Of a stretch of 64,000 bases of DNA, positions 28,201 through 37,975 are shown one piece after another. This DNA comes from Bacteroidota bacterium (GTDB lineage: Bacteria > Bacteroidota > Bacteroidia > AKYH767-A > OLB10): the NCBI GenBank assembly GCA_031418215.1, contig JANOXC010000070.1, positions 1,419 to 65,418 of the forward strand, in the 5' to 3' direction. The translations under genes and the position numbers were made by a program. The notes beneath the pieces were generated by a model that did no database searches, was not told the origin of the DNA, and was given only the letters and a program-made list of their open reading frames with translations. Position 1 is the stretch's first letter. Every line of letters starts with the position of its first letter.

Positions 28201-30568
28201 TGGAAGTGGATGTACTGAAACATTTGCTGCACCCTTAGTAACTGTAACGCCATTGAATGTGATAATTGGAGGAAGTGCAACTTTTTGTGCAGGTGGATCT
28301 ACCACATTAGATGCCGGAAGCTATGCAACATATAATTGGTCAACAGGCGCCACCACACGTACAATTATTGTGAATACTGCAGGCTCCTATTCCGTATCTG
28401 TTACCAATGCTTCTGGCTGCAATGGGACAGGATCAATAACAACAAATATCAGTAGTAATCTAACTCCTGCTATTTCAGGAAACCTCTCCATTTGTTCCGG
28501 AAGCACCAATATTATTGATGCAGGTGTTGGATATACAACTTACAACTGGTCAACAGGAGCAACTACACAAACTATTATAGTTAGCACACCCGGAACTTTT
28601 ACCGTAATAGTAAGTAATGGTGCCGGATGTACCGGAAGTGCATCGGTAACAACATCGATTAACAGCATTCCTTCGCCGCCCATCACTGGAAATACTTCCT
28701 TTTGTATTGGAAGTTCGTCAGTATTAAATACGGGATTCTATGTTGGTTATCTTTGGTCAACAGGCGAAACAACACAAAGTATTTCAGTTAATACAGCAGC
28801 AACATTTACTGTTACCATTAGTAATGCGAACGGTTGTACAGCAAGCTCTTCTATTACAACTTCATTTCTTCCCCAACCAATACCGGTAATTTCAGGTACG
28901 CTTAGTTTTTGTACGGGAGGTACAACTTTACTCAATGCAGGTGCTTTCAATTCCTACGCATGGTCAACAGGCGCAACAACACAAACCATTTCGGTAAGTA
29001 CAGCATCAACTTTTACTGTAACCGTTACCGGCGCTAATGGGTGCAAGGCCAACACTTCGGCAACTACATCTTTGCTTTCATTGCCTAATCCTGTAATTAC
29101 CGGTTCATCAACAATTTGCAATGGGTCAACCGGCACTTTAGATGCTGGTGTTTTTGCAGCATATAACTGGTCAACTGGTGCCGCCACTCAAACCATTAGC
29201 ATTACTTTGCCGGGCACCTATACGGTAACTGTTACAGATGGCAATGGCTGTAGTAAATCAACATCAAAGATTGTCACGAGCTTATTGGCAGTAACCCCCG
29301 CGATAACTCTCAATCCTGCAACAGCTGTTTGTAAAGGGAACAATGTAATATTAACATTAGACACCACACTTACTTTTACACAATTCAATCCGATAACAAT
29401 TCCAAATACACTTGTTAATGCTACGCCCTATCCGGCACCCTTGGTGGTCTCAGGATTTCCCGTTTCAGGTGTTACAATTAAATCAATACAGCTGAACGGA
29501 CTTTCACATACTTTTCCTGATGACCTTGATATTTTATTACAATCGCCCAATGGAACAAATGTTATATTAATGTCGGATGTTGGAGGCAGTGCAGACATTG
29601 TTGAGCAGAATTTTATTTTTATTGACGGTTCCCCTTTCTTAAGTAATAGCGGCCCATTAACTGGCGGCACCTACGCACCTACAAATATTGGTACTCCAGA
29701 CTCATGGTCAGCTCCCGGACCCGGTTCGTTTGTTCAAGCAACGCCCACGCTTTCGTTGTTTACAGGTAACATGAATGGTATATGGAACTTGTTAATTGCT
29801 GATGATTTATCTGCAGATGGCGGTTCGCTTAAGTCGTGGTCCATTACTTTTTCAGGACGTAATTCAAACATATCTTATTCATGGTCTCCAAAAACCGGTT
29901 TAACTGATACAGCCACTATTGTTACTACAGCATCTCCTTCAACTACTACAACATATACAGCAATTATCAATGATGGTGTTAACGGTTGCACGACTTCTAT
30001 AAGTGCTATTGTAAACATTAACCCTTTACCCACACCATCCATCAGCGGTAACTATTCCTTCTGTGCAGGTGATTCAACAATATTGGATGCCGGAGTCTAT
30101 TCAAGTTATAATTGGTCGACCGGCAAAACCACACAAACAACTTCAGTAAACACGGCAGGTTCTGTTACAGTTACGGTAACCGATAATAATGGATGCATGG
30201 GTTCTTCAACCGTTACAACAACAACAAACATTTGTACGCTTACCTTGAATCTAAAAGCGTTTATCGAAGGATTCTATATCGGAAATGGCCAACTAAGTCC
30301 TGTTCTACAAAAAGGAGGTAGTGCCATTGATTCATCAATCTGTGATAGCATAATTGTAGAGTTACATGCTTATAGTAATCCTGCCAACGTTGTTTCGTCT
30401 CATCGTATTGTGTTGCATACTGATGGTCTTGCGCAAGATATTCTGCCGGGCACATTGATTGGTGGCAATTATTACATAGTCATTCGTACACGAAACGGCA
30501 TAGAGACCTGGAGCAAATTTCCGGTTACCCTTACATTAAATACGAGCTTTGATTTTACGCGTCAATAG
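25286..30568 (+). CDS. Secreted M36 (fungalysin) metallopeptidase with PKD, Ig-like repeats, P-domain and a non-canonical C-terminal domain
   Basis: Signal peptide, FTP/PepSY-like propeptide, HEFGH plus GEGWSD zinc motifs, WDFGD PKD, WSTG repeats, P-domain (LSHTFPDDLDILLQSP). Confidence 0.92.
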   Translation: MIQPKNIKFFPSFLLLVLTSVLSVNAQQNNKLIDATLERERAKLGLTAKDISDYLITNQYTDRVGSLTHVYTQQRHNNIIVYNSVSVFLIKDNKVLYFKPGMIDHLEKKIKATTPIIKPDAAIKFALTNIGRNEITPVKLISTDKNLNTFTYEASSISANPIKVQLVYRAIDNGVYLAWDVSIELNNESHWWNVRIDALTGNYIDKNDWTVNCSFDISSENEIVHLHELAEPAAPFLILPPPPPLGEYNVYALPVEAPSFGGRTYLINPEDLTASPFGWHDDNGIPGNEYTITRGNNVHAYEDANNDNLPGYSPNSASLQFNYPIDLTQAPLVNQDASITNLFYMNNRIHDVLYHVGFTEVAGNFQQNNYGNGGLGNDYVQAEAFDGSGTNNANFGTPADGQRPRMQMYLWTAPNPDRDGSFDNGIVAHEFGHGVSNRLTGGPSQSSCLGNAEQGGEGWSDWLALILTTKASDTIGGGMLTQARGIGTYAVNQATNGAGIRRFRYSVDMTINPQTYADLATSGTGPHAKGEIWCDAIWDMSCFLINDLGFNPDPTVATAGNNIAMQLVLEGMKLQPCSPGFLDARDAILTADAVLYNNAHRCRIWEAFARRGMGLNAVQGSSGSSTDQTAGFSLPPFCMIATQPPVAAFATSVNTIPCAGSIQFTDQSVQAFGWYWDFGDQTTSVVQNPKHQYNAPGTYQVKLVVTNPLGSDSVTKTITVTSTFSANTTASPNPAICGSPVQLNAVASGSTNVTYNITNIPYAPVSGTPINGPTGDDAVSSFIPIGFNFPFYNNIQTQLKISTNGFVSFNSSTGDGCCAGSFLPNNNSTLNNLIAVCWTDLFVGSPNSIDYFNLTSPNRFVIRWNGVAHCCATTPAQVTAQIILYETGEIEMHNTSILSSSDVMTQGVENGTGAFATVVPGRNATSFTAANDAFRFTPAINYTYNWQPGNLNGATQTVNPTANTTYTVSVADGSGCTETFAAPLVTVTPLNVIIGGSATFCAGGSTTLDAGSYATYNWSTGATTRTIIVNTAGSYSVSVTNASGCNGTGSITTNISSNLTPAISGNLSICSGSTNIIDAGVGYTTYNWSTGATTQTIIVSTPGTFTVIVSNGAGCTGSASVTTSINSIPSPPITGNTSFCIGSSSVLNTGFYVGYLWSTGETTQSISVNTAATFTVTISNANGCTASSSITTSFLPQPIPVISGTLSFCTGGTTLLNAGAFNSYAWSTGATTQTISVSTASTFTVTVTGANGCKANTSATTSLLSLPNPVITGSSTICNGSTGTLDAGVFAAYNWSTGAATQTISITLPGTYTVTVTDGNGCSKSTSKIVTSLLAVTPAITLNPATAVCKGNNVILTLDTTLTFTQFNPITIPNTLVNATPYPAPLVVSGFPVSGVTIKSIQLNGLSHTFPDDLDILLQSPNGTNVILMSDVGGSADIVEQNFIFIDGSPFLSNSGPLTGGTYAPTNIGTPDSWSAPGPGSFVQATPTLSLFTGNMNGIWNLLIADDLSADGGSLKSWSITFSGRNSNISYSWSPKTGLTDTATIVTTASPSTTTTYTAIINDGVNGCTTSISAIVNINPLPTPSISGNYSFCAGDSTILDAGVYSSYNWSTGKTTQTTSVNTAGSVTVTVTDNNGCMGSSTVTTTTNICTLTLNLKAFIEGFYIGNGQLSPVLQKGGSAIDSSICDSIIVELHAYSNPANVVSSHRIVLHTDGLAQDILPGTLIGGNYYIVIRTRNGIETWSKFPVTLTLNTSFDFTRQ

Positions 30569-30751
30569 TAGTTTTACACAACCATACGGATTAATATATT
30601 CGTGAGGGTTAAATATTGATCCAAGCCCAATTTAATAAAATTTTATTCCACCACAAAAAGGTATTTAAAAGTGCTTAAGTAGCAAAACGACCTTTTAAAG
30701 GATAACACAGTGAATTGTGTAGGTTAACAATTTTTATGCTTTCTTTGCGAA

Positions 30752-31501
30752 ATGCCATTGCTCTCTGCCGTTATCATTACTTTAAACGAAGAAAGAAACA
30801 TCAAAAGATGCATCGACAGTATCAAAGATGTGGTTGATGAAATCATTGTGGTTGATTCCGGCTCAACAGATAAAACTAAGCAGATTTGTGAAACAGCAGG
30901 CGTACGATTTATATATAAAGACTGGGAAGGATATGCTGTAGCGCGTAATGCCGGAGCGAGCATGGCTGCTAATGACTGGATTGTGGCACTCGATGCTGAT
31001 GAAGCGTTTTCAGACGAGCTGAAGAAATCTGTTTTGGAATTGAAAAAATCCAACAACCCTGTTTTTGCTTCATTTAAAAGATTGACTAATTACTGCGGTC
31101 ATTGGGTAAAACATTGCGGATGGTATCCTGATGTCAAACTTCGTTTATATGACAGGAGGAAGTCGGAATTCTCAGGCATCATCCATGAAACCATTTCACC
31201 TGCTTTTGACCCTATTACACTTTTGAATGGTGACTTATTGCATTACAGTTATTACAGTATTTCAGATCATGTAGTACAATATAATAAATATACAACACTA
31301 ACAGCGCAAGAAGCCTATTTAAAAGGTCAACGAAGTTCAATTGTAAAAATAATTGCCAATCCCGGAATAAAGTTTTTCAAAAGCTATTTTCTGCAACTTG
31401 GTTTGCTAGATGGATATTACGGTTTTATTATTTGTAAGATGTCGGCGCATGCTACTTTCCTAAAGTACTGCAAATTATATATATTAGGTAAACGTTCATG
31501 A
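30752..31501 (+). CDS. GT2 glycosyltransferase (WaaE/KdtX-like, LPS)
   Basis: IITLNEE, VDSGSTD, LDADE, WYPD, HE motifs. Confidence 0.9.
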   Translation: MPLLSAVIITLNEERNIKRCIDSIKDVVDEIIVVDSGSTDKTKQICETAGVRFIYKDWEGYAVARNAGASMAANDWIVALDADEAFSDELKKSVLELKKSNNPVFASFKRLTNYCGHWVKHCGWYPDVKLRLYDRRKSEFSGIIHETISPAFDPITLLNGDLLHYSYYSISDHVVQYNKYTTLTAQEAYLKGQRSSIVKIIANPGIKFFKSYFLQLGLLDGYYGFIICKMSAHATFLKYCKLYILGKRS

Positions 31502-32505
31502 AACGAATTATCATAAGCCGCACAGATGCCATTGGAGATGTAATTCTTACGCTGCCAATGGCGGGAATTCTTAAACAACAGATTCCCGAATTGCAAATAA
31601 TATTTTTCGGTAAAACTTACACGGAAGCCGTTGTCCGGTGTTCTGAACACATTGATGAGTTTGTCAATTTTGATGACTTTATTAAACTTGACGAAAATGA
31701 AAGAATTACTTTCATCAAAAATATAAATGCAGATGTCATACTGCATGTTTTTCCAAGAAAAGAAATTGCTTATGCTGCAAAGCATGCGAATATAAATACA
31801 AGAATAGGAACATCGCATCGTTTGTACCATCTTATTACCTGTAATAAACGTATTTCATTTACAAGAAAGAACTCTGATCTGCACGAAGCACAATTGAATC
31901 TTAAATTATTGGCAGGTCTGAACATTGATACTGCCTTTTCACTGGAAGAAATTGCCGCTCACTATGGCTTTATAAAAATACCTGTTGTTGCCGACTATTA
32001 TCGTCGGATTACCGATACAAAACGGTTAAACGTAGTAATACATCCTCGGTCACATGGCAGTGCGCGTGAATGGGGACTTGAAAATTACAGGGAACTAATA
32101 TTTATCTTGATTGAACATTCCATTAATGTTTTTATCAGTGGTTCCGATAAAGAAAAGCTGGAGCTTGATAAATGGCTGGAATCTATTCCACCGCAAGTAC
32201 ATAATATGATGGGTCGTTTGAATTTATCAGAGTTGATTGGATTTCTATCCATCACTGATGGAATCGTAGCTGGCAGCACGGGGCCTTTGCACATCGCTGC
32301 TGCAGAAGGCCTGCATGCATTGGGTATTTTTCCACCTATTCGTCCCATGCATGCCGGACGATGGGCGCCTGTGGGTCGTCAGGCTGAATTTATTACTTTC
32401 CCTAAGAACTGCAGTGATTGCCGCTTGAAGCCTGCCAACTGTTCCTGCTTGAAAAATATTACACCGCAGCAAGTGGCTGATGTAATTTTGCGCTGGAAAA
32501 AATGA
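31498..32505 (+). CDS. GT9 glycosyltransferase (heptosyltransferase-like)
   Basis: RTDAIGDVILTLP, IHP, STGPLHIAAA. Confidence 0.9.
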   Translation: MKRIIISRTDAIGDVILTLPMAGILKQQIPELQIIFFGKTYTEAVVRCSEHIDEFVNFDDFIKLDENERITFIKNINADVILHVFPRKEIAYAAKHANINTRIGTSHRLYHLITCNKRISFTRKNSDLHEAQLNLKLLAGLNIDTAFSLEEIAAHYGFIKIPVVADYYRRITDTKRLNVVIHPRSHGSAREWGLENYRELIFILIEHSINVFISGSDKEKLELDKWLESIPPQVHNMMGRLNLSELIGFLSITDGIVAGSTGPLHIAAAEGLHALGIFPPIRPMHAGRWAPVGRQAEFITFPKNCSDCRLKPANCSCLKNITPQQVADVILRWKK

Positions 32506-34307
32506 GCACTTCAGAAGATTCGTTAAAACAATTAATCTCTATGCTCCCCGGCAACCCGGGAGTTTATCAGTATTTTGACAAAGAGGACAAATTATTATAT
32601 ATAGGAAAAGCTAAAAATTTAAAAAAGCGTGTTACCAGTTACTTTACGAAAACACTACAGAGCGCCAAAACTGCAAGAATGGTTAAGCAGATTGCCGACA
32701 TTAAATATATTGTTGTTGAATCAGAATACGATGCGCTTTTGCTGGAAAACAGCCTTATTAAAAATCATCAGCCAAAATATAATGTCAATTTAAAGGACGA
32801 CAAAACTTTTCCTTGGATCGTGATAAAGAACGAACCTTTTCCCCGTGTTTTCTACACCAGGAAATACATCAAAGATGGTTCACAATATTTTGGCCCTTAT
32901 GCATCTGTCACAATGATGCATACTTTGCTCGACCTGATTAAAGAAATATATAAATTGCGCAATTGCACTTTGAATTTAACTACAGAAAATATTACAAAGA
33001 AAAAATTCAAAGTTTGCCTGGAATATCATATCGGTAATTGCAAAGGCCCTTGCGAAGGATTGCAAAGTAGGGATGATTATGATGATTCAATTTCAGGAAT
33101 CAAGGAAATACTAAAAGGTAATATTAACAGTGTGATTCAGCCTTTGGAAATTCAGATGCATCAAGCATCGGCAGCTTTTGAATATGAAAAAGCACATTTT
33201 TTTAAAGAGAAAATTGAAATCCTTGAACGTTATAAGAGTAAATCTGTAATTGTTAATTCTTCCATTCACAACATCGATGTTTTTTCATTTATTAATGATG
33301 AAGATGCAGCCTTTGTAAATTACATGAAGGTAATGAATGGCTCCATCATTCAATCACAAACTATTGAACTTCGCCGAAAATTGGAAGAAACACCGGAAGA
33401 GCTATTGTCTCTTGCCATTGGTGTTTTTCGTGACCGCTTTCATAGTGAATCAAAAGAAATGCTGGTGCCATTTCTTCCTGATGTGGAAATCCCGGGTGTT
33501 GAATGTATCATTCCAAAAATTGGCGATAAGAAACATTTGTTAAGCCTTTCCGAAAAAAATGCATTCTATTACCGTAAAGACAAACTGCAGCAACAAGATT
33601 TGGTTAATCCCGAACATCGGATTGAACGATTGATGTTGCAAATGCAAAAAGATCTTCGTCTGCCGGAAAAACCTTACCATATCGAATGCTTTGACAACTC
33701 TAACTTTCAAGGTGACTTTCCGGTTGCTGCTATGAGTGTATTTAAAAATGGTAGGCCTGCCAAAAGTGATTACCGTCATTTCAATATTAAAACGGTGGAA
33801 GGTCCTGATGATTTTGCATCGATGGAAGAAGTCATTTACAGACGATACAAAAGATTGGTGGAAGAAAATCAACCTATGCCACAGCTAATTGTTATTGATG
33901 GAGGAAAAGGACAATTATCATCTGCTCTCACCAGTTTGGAAAAATTAAATCTCCGTGGTAAAATCAGCATCATTGGCATTGCAAAAAAACTGGAAGAAAT
34001 TTATTATCCCGGTGATTCATTGCCATTGTATCTCGATAAGAAAAGTGAGACGTTAAAAATCATTCAGCAACTACGTGATGAAGTGCATCGTTTTGGTATT
34101 ACCCACCACCGTAATAAAAGAAGCAAGGAGACCATTAAAACTGAGTTGCATGATATCAAAGGAATTGGAGAGGCGACAGCAGAAACGTTATTGAGACATT
34201 TTCGTTCCGTAAAAAAAATTAAGGAAAGTACTGTTGAGGAATTGGAAAAGGTTGTTGGACTTTCCAAAGCTAAAATAGTGATGGATTATTTTCGCCTACC
34301 TGAATAA
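32502..34307 (+). CDS. uvrC: Excinuclease ABC subunit C
   Basis: GIY-YIG domain (PGVY...YIGKAKNL), IECFDNSN, IDGGKGQL, RDEVHRF, C-terminal HhH. Confidence 0.98.
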   Translation: MSTSEDSLKQLISMLPGNPGVYQYFDKEDKLLYIGKAKNLKKRVTSYFTKTLQSAKTARMVKQIADIKYIVVESEYDALLLENSLIKNHQPKYNVNLKDDKTFPWIVIKNEPFPRVFYTRKYIKDGSQYFGPYASVTMMHTLLDLIKEIYKLRNCTLNLTTENITKKKFKVCLEYHIGNCKGPCEGLQSRDDYDDSISGIKEILKGNINSVIQPLEIQMHQASAAFEYEKAHFFKEKIEILERYKSKSVIVNSSIHNIDVFSFINDEDAAFVNYMKVMNGSIIQSQTIELRRKLEETPEELLSLAIGVFRDRFHSESKEMLVPFLPDVEIPGVECIIPKIGDKKHLLSLSEKNAFYYRKDKLQQQDLVNPEHRIERLMLQMQKDLRLPEKPYHIECFDNSNFQGDFPVAAMSVFKNGRPAKSDYRHFNIKTVEGPDDFASMEEVIYRRYKRLVEENQPMPQLIVIDGGKGQLSSALTSLEKLNLRGKISIIGIAKKLEEIYYPGDSLPLYLDKKSETLKIIQQLRDEVHRFGITHHRNKRSKETIKTELHDIKGIGEATAETLLRHFRSVKKIKESTVEELEKVVGLSKAKIVMDYFRLPE

Positions 34308-34369
34308 TTACACTTATAACTCGAGCTTGGATTATATTTCCTTTTCCCTAATAAATATTTTTTTCATAA

Positions 34370-35140
34370 TTAAAATCTAACCGGTAAATTATACCGCACC
34401 AAAACAGGTTTCCCTTTTTGCATTCCCGGTTTCCAGGAAGGCATACTTTTAACTACACGTAAAGCCTCTTGATCACATCCGCTACCAATACCTCTTACCA
34501 CATAGGGAAATAAAATTTTTCCCTTACTGCTGATAATAAAGTTTATATATACTCTGCCGTGTATATTTTTAGACTTCGCTGCTGCTGGAATTTTTACACT
34601 ATTGGAAAGGTAATCCATCAATGCTGTTTCTCCTCCGGGAAATTGCGGCATTACTTCGGCTACAGTTATTACGCCGCCATTAGCGACATTTGATTTCGCT
34701 TCTTTAGACTTATTGGAAAAAAGTTCATGGTATTTTGCTTTGGGTAATACATCATTATCAATCATCATCGCACCATGACATTTACTGTCAAGTAATTTAA
34801 ACGTTGCCGTATCGCCTAATGCAAGTACAGCGCTCCAGTCGCGGCAGGCAGCATTGGTGTCATTCATCACCCAATGAACAATACCACGATTGTAATAAGC
34901 TTCTTTATTTCCTTCATCTTTCTTTATGGCCTCATTATAAAAAGATCCTGCGCCGGAAACATTTCCGCTTAACATCATTTCCGTTCCCTTGTCATTCAGC
35001 TCAGGTACCGACCCCTCGCCCATTATTGAACGGATTACAGAATCAGTAGCGGCAGATATCTGTGCGAAGGAATTCTGATGCATTGATAAAAGAATAATGA
35101 CAATAAATAAAGAATTAATTAATAGCTTTTTGTTATTCAT
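34370..35140 (-). CDS. TPR plus TonB C-terminal domain protein
   Basis: Signal peptide, TPR (AYYNRG), TonB_C (MPQFPGG...EALRVVKSMPSWKPG...YNLPVRF). Confidence 0.85.
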   Translation of the reverse strand: MNNKKLLINSLFIVIILLSMHQNSFAQISAATDSVIRSIMGEGSVPELNDKGTEMMLSGNVSGAGSFYNEAIKKDEGNKEAYYNRGIVHWVMNDTNAACRDWSAVLALGDTATFKLLDSKCHGAMMIDNDVLPKAKYHELFSNKSKEAKSNVANGGVITVAEVMPQFPGGETALMDYLSNSVKIPAAAKSKNIHGRVYINFIISSKGKILFPYVVRGIGSGCDQEALRVVKSMPSWKPGMQKGKPVLVRYNLPVRF

Positions 35141-35333
35141 TAGGCGAAGTTTAAATGTGCAAAACCGACTTTAAAATCTGCAATAAATATAAACTATTTC
35201 TTTCTCTACCTGTAAAGGTCACGCAAAGTCATGCCTATGGCTGATTTCTGTCATTTATTTTTTTATGATTTTACAGAACCTTTACGAGTATATTATCGTT
35301 TAAATAGTAAATATTAACCTGAAATTAAACAAA

Positions 35334-36701
35334 ATGAAAAATCGACTACGCTCTTTAATCTTTTTATTACTGTGCTTAACTGCCACAGTAAAAGCACAAT
35401 TGGTTAATGGCAATTTTGAAAACTGGAGTACAACACTATACAGTGACCCGCAAGGCTGGGGGACTGCAAATCAGGATGCCATCAGCAAGTTTGGTATTGT
35501 ACCGGTTACACGAGTAAACGGTGTTACCGGTTCTGCTATTCGATTAGAAACCTTTTTCGTAGGGCCTCAATTCGTCGAAGCTTATTTCACCAATGGTGAC
35601 CCATTTAACGGTACCGGCGGAATTCCATGCGGACAACAGCCTACTGCTATAGCAGGGTCTTACCGGTATAATGTTCAAACTGGTGATACTGCACTTATTT
35701 TGGCAGTGTTTGTGAAGAATGGCGCAATATTCAGTTCAAACATTTTCCCAATCACAGGGATGCAAAATAATTTTACTGCTTTCTCCTTCCCATTATCATT
35801 GGGCCAGATTCCGGATACCGTTATCCTTGCAGCTACATCAAGTAATCTGTTAAGTGGTAATGGAATTCAGGCAGGCAGTTTTCTTGAATTAGATAACCTT
35901 GCATTTACAGGTACAACTGTTACGATTCCCAATGGTGGATTTGATAACTGGGTAAGTGCTTCTTATAATGTTGCAACAGGATGGGAAGCTTATGGTAGTG
36001 TTTCCAGAACAGGTGACAGCCAGTCGGGAGTATTTGCAATTCAACTAACTACTGTTGATGAAGGAGGAGGAAACTACAGTCAGGCAGGTATTACCAATGG
36101 ACAAAATACGAACAATGGCTCGATTGGAGGTGTGCCTTATACTCAGCAGATAGATACCCTTACCGGTTATTACAAATACATCGTACCAGGAAGCGATAGT
36201 GCAAACTTTGGCGTATCGCTCTCTGCCAATGGCGTTAATGTTGGCGGAAGTTTTATGTTTTTAACAGCAACTCCTGTATATACTTATTTTGAGATGCCCC
36301 TCTTTGCAGGGATGACCCCCGATACACTTCGTATCAATGCTAACTCTTCTAACTGGCCAATGACGGCTTTATCGGTGGGAAGCACTTTATATATAGATAA
36401 CCTGATGTTAAAATCACAAGGAACAACAGGAATCAGTATTTTTAACAGGAAGAATAATTCTGAAACTTTTGTTTATCCTAATCCTGTTGGTGATGTTGCT
36501 GCTATTAATTTGCCACAGGCCATACAAGGTCAGGTCCGCCTTGTTGTTTATGATGTCTCAGGACGATTGATGCAAGAAGAGTATTATCAAAATTCAGGAC
36601 TTCAGTTGCCATTGAATACAGCAACTCTGAATCCCGGAATGTATTTCTTTGAAGTTTCGAGTGAAAACCTTAAAATTCAAAATAAATTTGTGAAGCGGTA
36701 A
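35334..36701 (+). CDS. T9SS type A cargo with two PCMD-like beta-sandwich domains
   Basis: Duplicated NGxF[ED]NW...G.Y[RK]Y...[LI]DNL unit; CTD VYPNP...YDVSGR...KFVKR. Confidence 0.8.
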   Translation: MKNRLRSLIFLLLCLTATVKAQLVNGNFENWSTTLYSDPQGWGTANQDAISKFGIVPVTRVNGVTGSAIRLETFFVGPQFVEAYFTNGDPFNGTGGIPCGQQPTAIAGSYRYNVQTGDTALILAVFVKNGAIFSSNIFPITGMQNNFTAFSFPLSLGQIPDTVILAATSSNLLSGNGIQAGSFLELDNLAFTGTTVTIPNGGFDNWVSASYNVATGWEAYGSVSRTGDSQSGVFAIQLTTVDEGGGNYSQAGITNGQNTNNGSIGGVPYTQQIDTLTGYYKYIVPGSDSANFGVSLSANGVNVGGSFMFLTATPVYTYFEMPLFAGMTPDTLRINANSSNWPMTALSVGSTLYIDNLMLKSQGTTGISIFNRKNNSETFVYPNPVGDVAAINLPQAIQGQVRLVVYDVSGRLMQEEYYQNSGLQLPLNTATLNPGMYFFEVSSENLKIQNKFVKR

Positions 36702-36723
36702 AAACCCTTTCAATATTTAAATG

Positions 36724-36759
36724 AACCCTGTCTGAACAATATTTCAGCAGGGGTTTTTT
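36724..36759 (+). terminator. Intrinsic terminator
   Basis: AACCCTGTCTGAA...TTCAGCAGGGG followed by a T-run, just after the stop at 36701. Confidence 0.65.
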
Positions 36760-36860
36760 ATATTAATAAGGGAATAATTTCAGACTGTAATTGTCTGCAA
36801 TAAATCAAATCATGCTTTAAACCTTGATATTACCTGTTTGAAACATGGAAGTTCAACCAC

Positions 36861-37316
36861 CTAAGTAATTGCTTCAAGCTGATACTGAACACCATTTATT
36901 TCTGCTATATCTTTTGTTTGAAGTCCTAAAAGCTGCTTCCCCAAGGGTGATTGAGGAGAAAGTACAACTACAATTATATTGTCGATTACCACCTTCCCGA
37001 CAGCAACACTTAAAAACAAAAAACCTTTATCTGTTTTAACAAGGCTCCCTTTTATTACTTTGTTTGACTGAGTATCGATATTTATCTGCTGCAACAACTC
37101 CAACTGCATGTTAGTTTCGGCTAATTGCCTATTGATTTTCTCCTGCTCCAGTTGAGCCATGGCCCTGGCCGTCTCGTGTTTATCTCCTGCTGAACTCTTG
37201 GAATCATTCTCAATGCCAACAGTCAATTCATGCAATGATGCGTTGTATTCTTTTACCTTTTGCTGCAGTAATTGTATACATGTATCATAAATTTTTTTCT
37301 TGAAAAGCATGCGCAT
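36861..37316 (-). CDS. GreA/GreB-like protein
   Basis: KSSAGDKHETARAM coiled-coil tip and C-terminal SPQSPLG. Confidence 0.75.
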   Translation of the reverse strand: MRMLFKKKIYDTCIQLLQQKVKEYNASLHELTVGIENDSKSSAGDKHETARAMAQLEQEKINRQLAETNMQLELLQQINIDTQSNKVIKGSLVKTDKGFLFLSVAVGKVVIDNIIVVVLSPQSPLGKQLLGLQTKDIAEINGVQYQLEAIT

Positions 37317-37360
37317 TGTTTTGAAAAAAATTAAATTATTATGTCTTTAAAAAATTAACA

Positions 37361-37975
37361 TCAATGGCCTTTTACTTTAATAAAATCATAACCGCCATTT
37401 TCAGCTCCCCATACCTGTTCATCTTTATTGTCAAATCCCCTGTCCCAGCTGTGCAACCCTTTACCGGTTATCGTTACTTCAGAAGTAGCATAACTTGCCC
37501 CACTGCGATCACTTGGGCATTTCTTGCCATCGGTGCTTCCTTCAAAACTCTTTTTATCTTTTCTCCTTAAAATAACAGCGCATCCATCACGACTGATCAA
37601 TGAATCGGGAGTGAGCTTTTCAACAAGGTCTGCATGATGAGTGAATCGCAGTGGATCATTCATTGTAAATACAGCACTTTCAAAAACACCTACTTTTTCC
37701 GTAAGATGATAAACACGTTGACGATAAGGTTTATCAATGTACTTAGCCACCGCCTGTTCAACATAAAACCAATGGCCGTCTTTTCTATCTTTCCATATTG
37801 GAACAATCTGCAAACGAATATCAAAGTAATTAGTATCTTTGATTGACTGTTTTTCACTGCTATACGATCCTTCCATCCACTTCGCCAAAGTTTGCAGATC
37901 ATTAGATTGTGAATGGCTGTTAAAGTGTGCAGCAAACAAAACAGGAATAAGTAAAACAAATATTTTATATTTCAT
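37361..37975 (-). CDS. CpcT/CpeT family (bilin lyase-like) protein, exported
   Basis: WFYVEQA, PYRQRVY, GC, SYATSEV, SWDRGFD, QVWG. Start moved to MKYKIFVLL (37975), which gives a signal peptide. Confidence 0.85.
   Translation of the reverse strand: MKYKIFVLLIPVLFAAHFNSHSQSNDLQTLAKWMEGSYSSEKQSIKDTNYFDIRLQIVPIWKDRKDGHWFYVEQAVAKYIDKPYRQRVYHLTEKVGVFESAVFTMNDPLRFTHHADLVEKLTPDSLISRDGCAVILRRKDKKSFEGSTDGKKCPSDRSGASYATSEVTITGKGLHSWDRGFDNKDEQVWGAENGGYDFIKVKGH

Noticed and set aside
28250-30230. Recurring TGGTCAAC(A/T)GG DNA repeats as a CRISPR-like or DGR array
   Set aside because: They are the codons of the WSTG motif in tandem Ig-like protein repeats within one ORF; no cas or reverse transcriptase gene is present.
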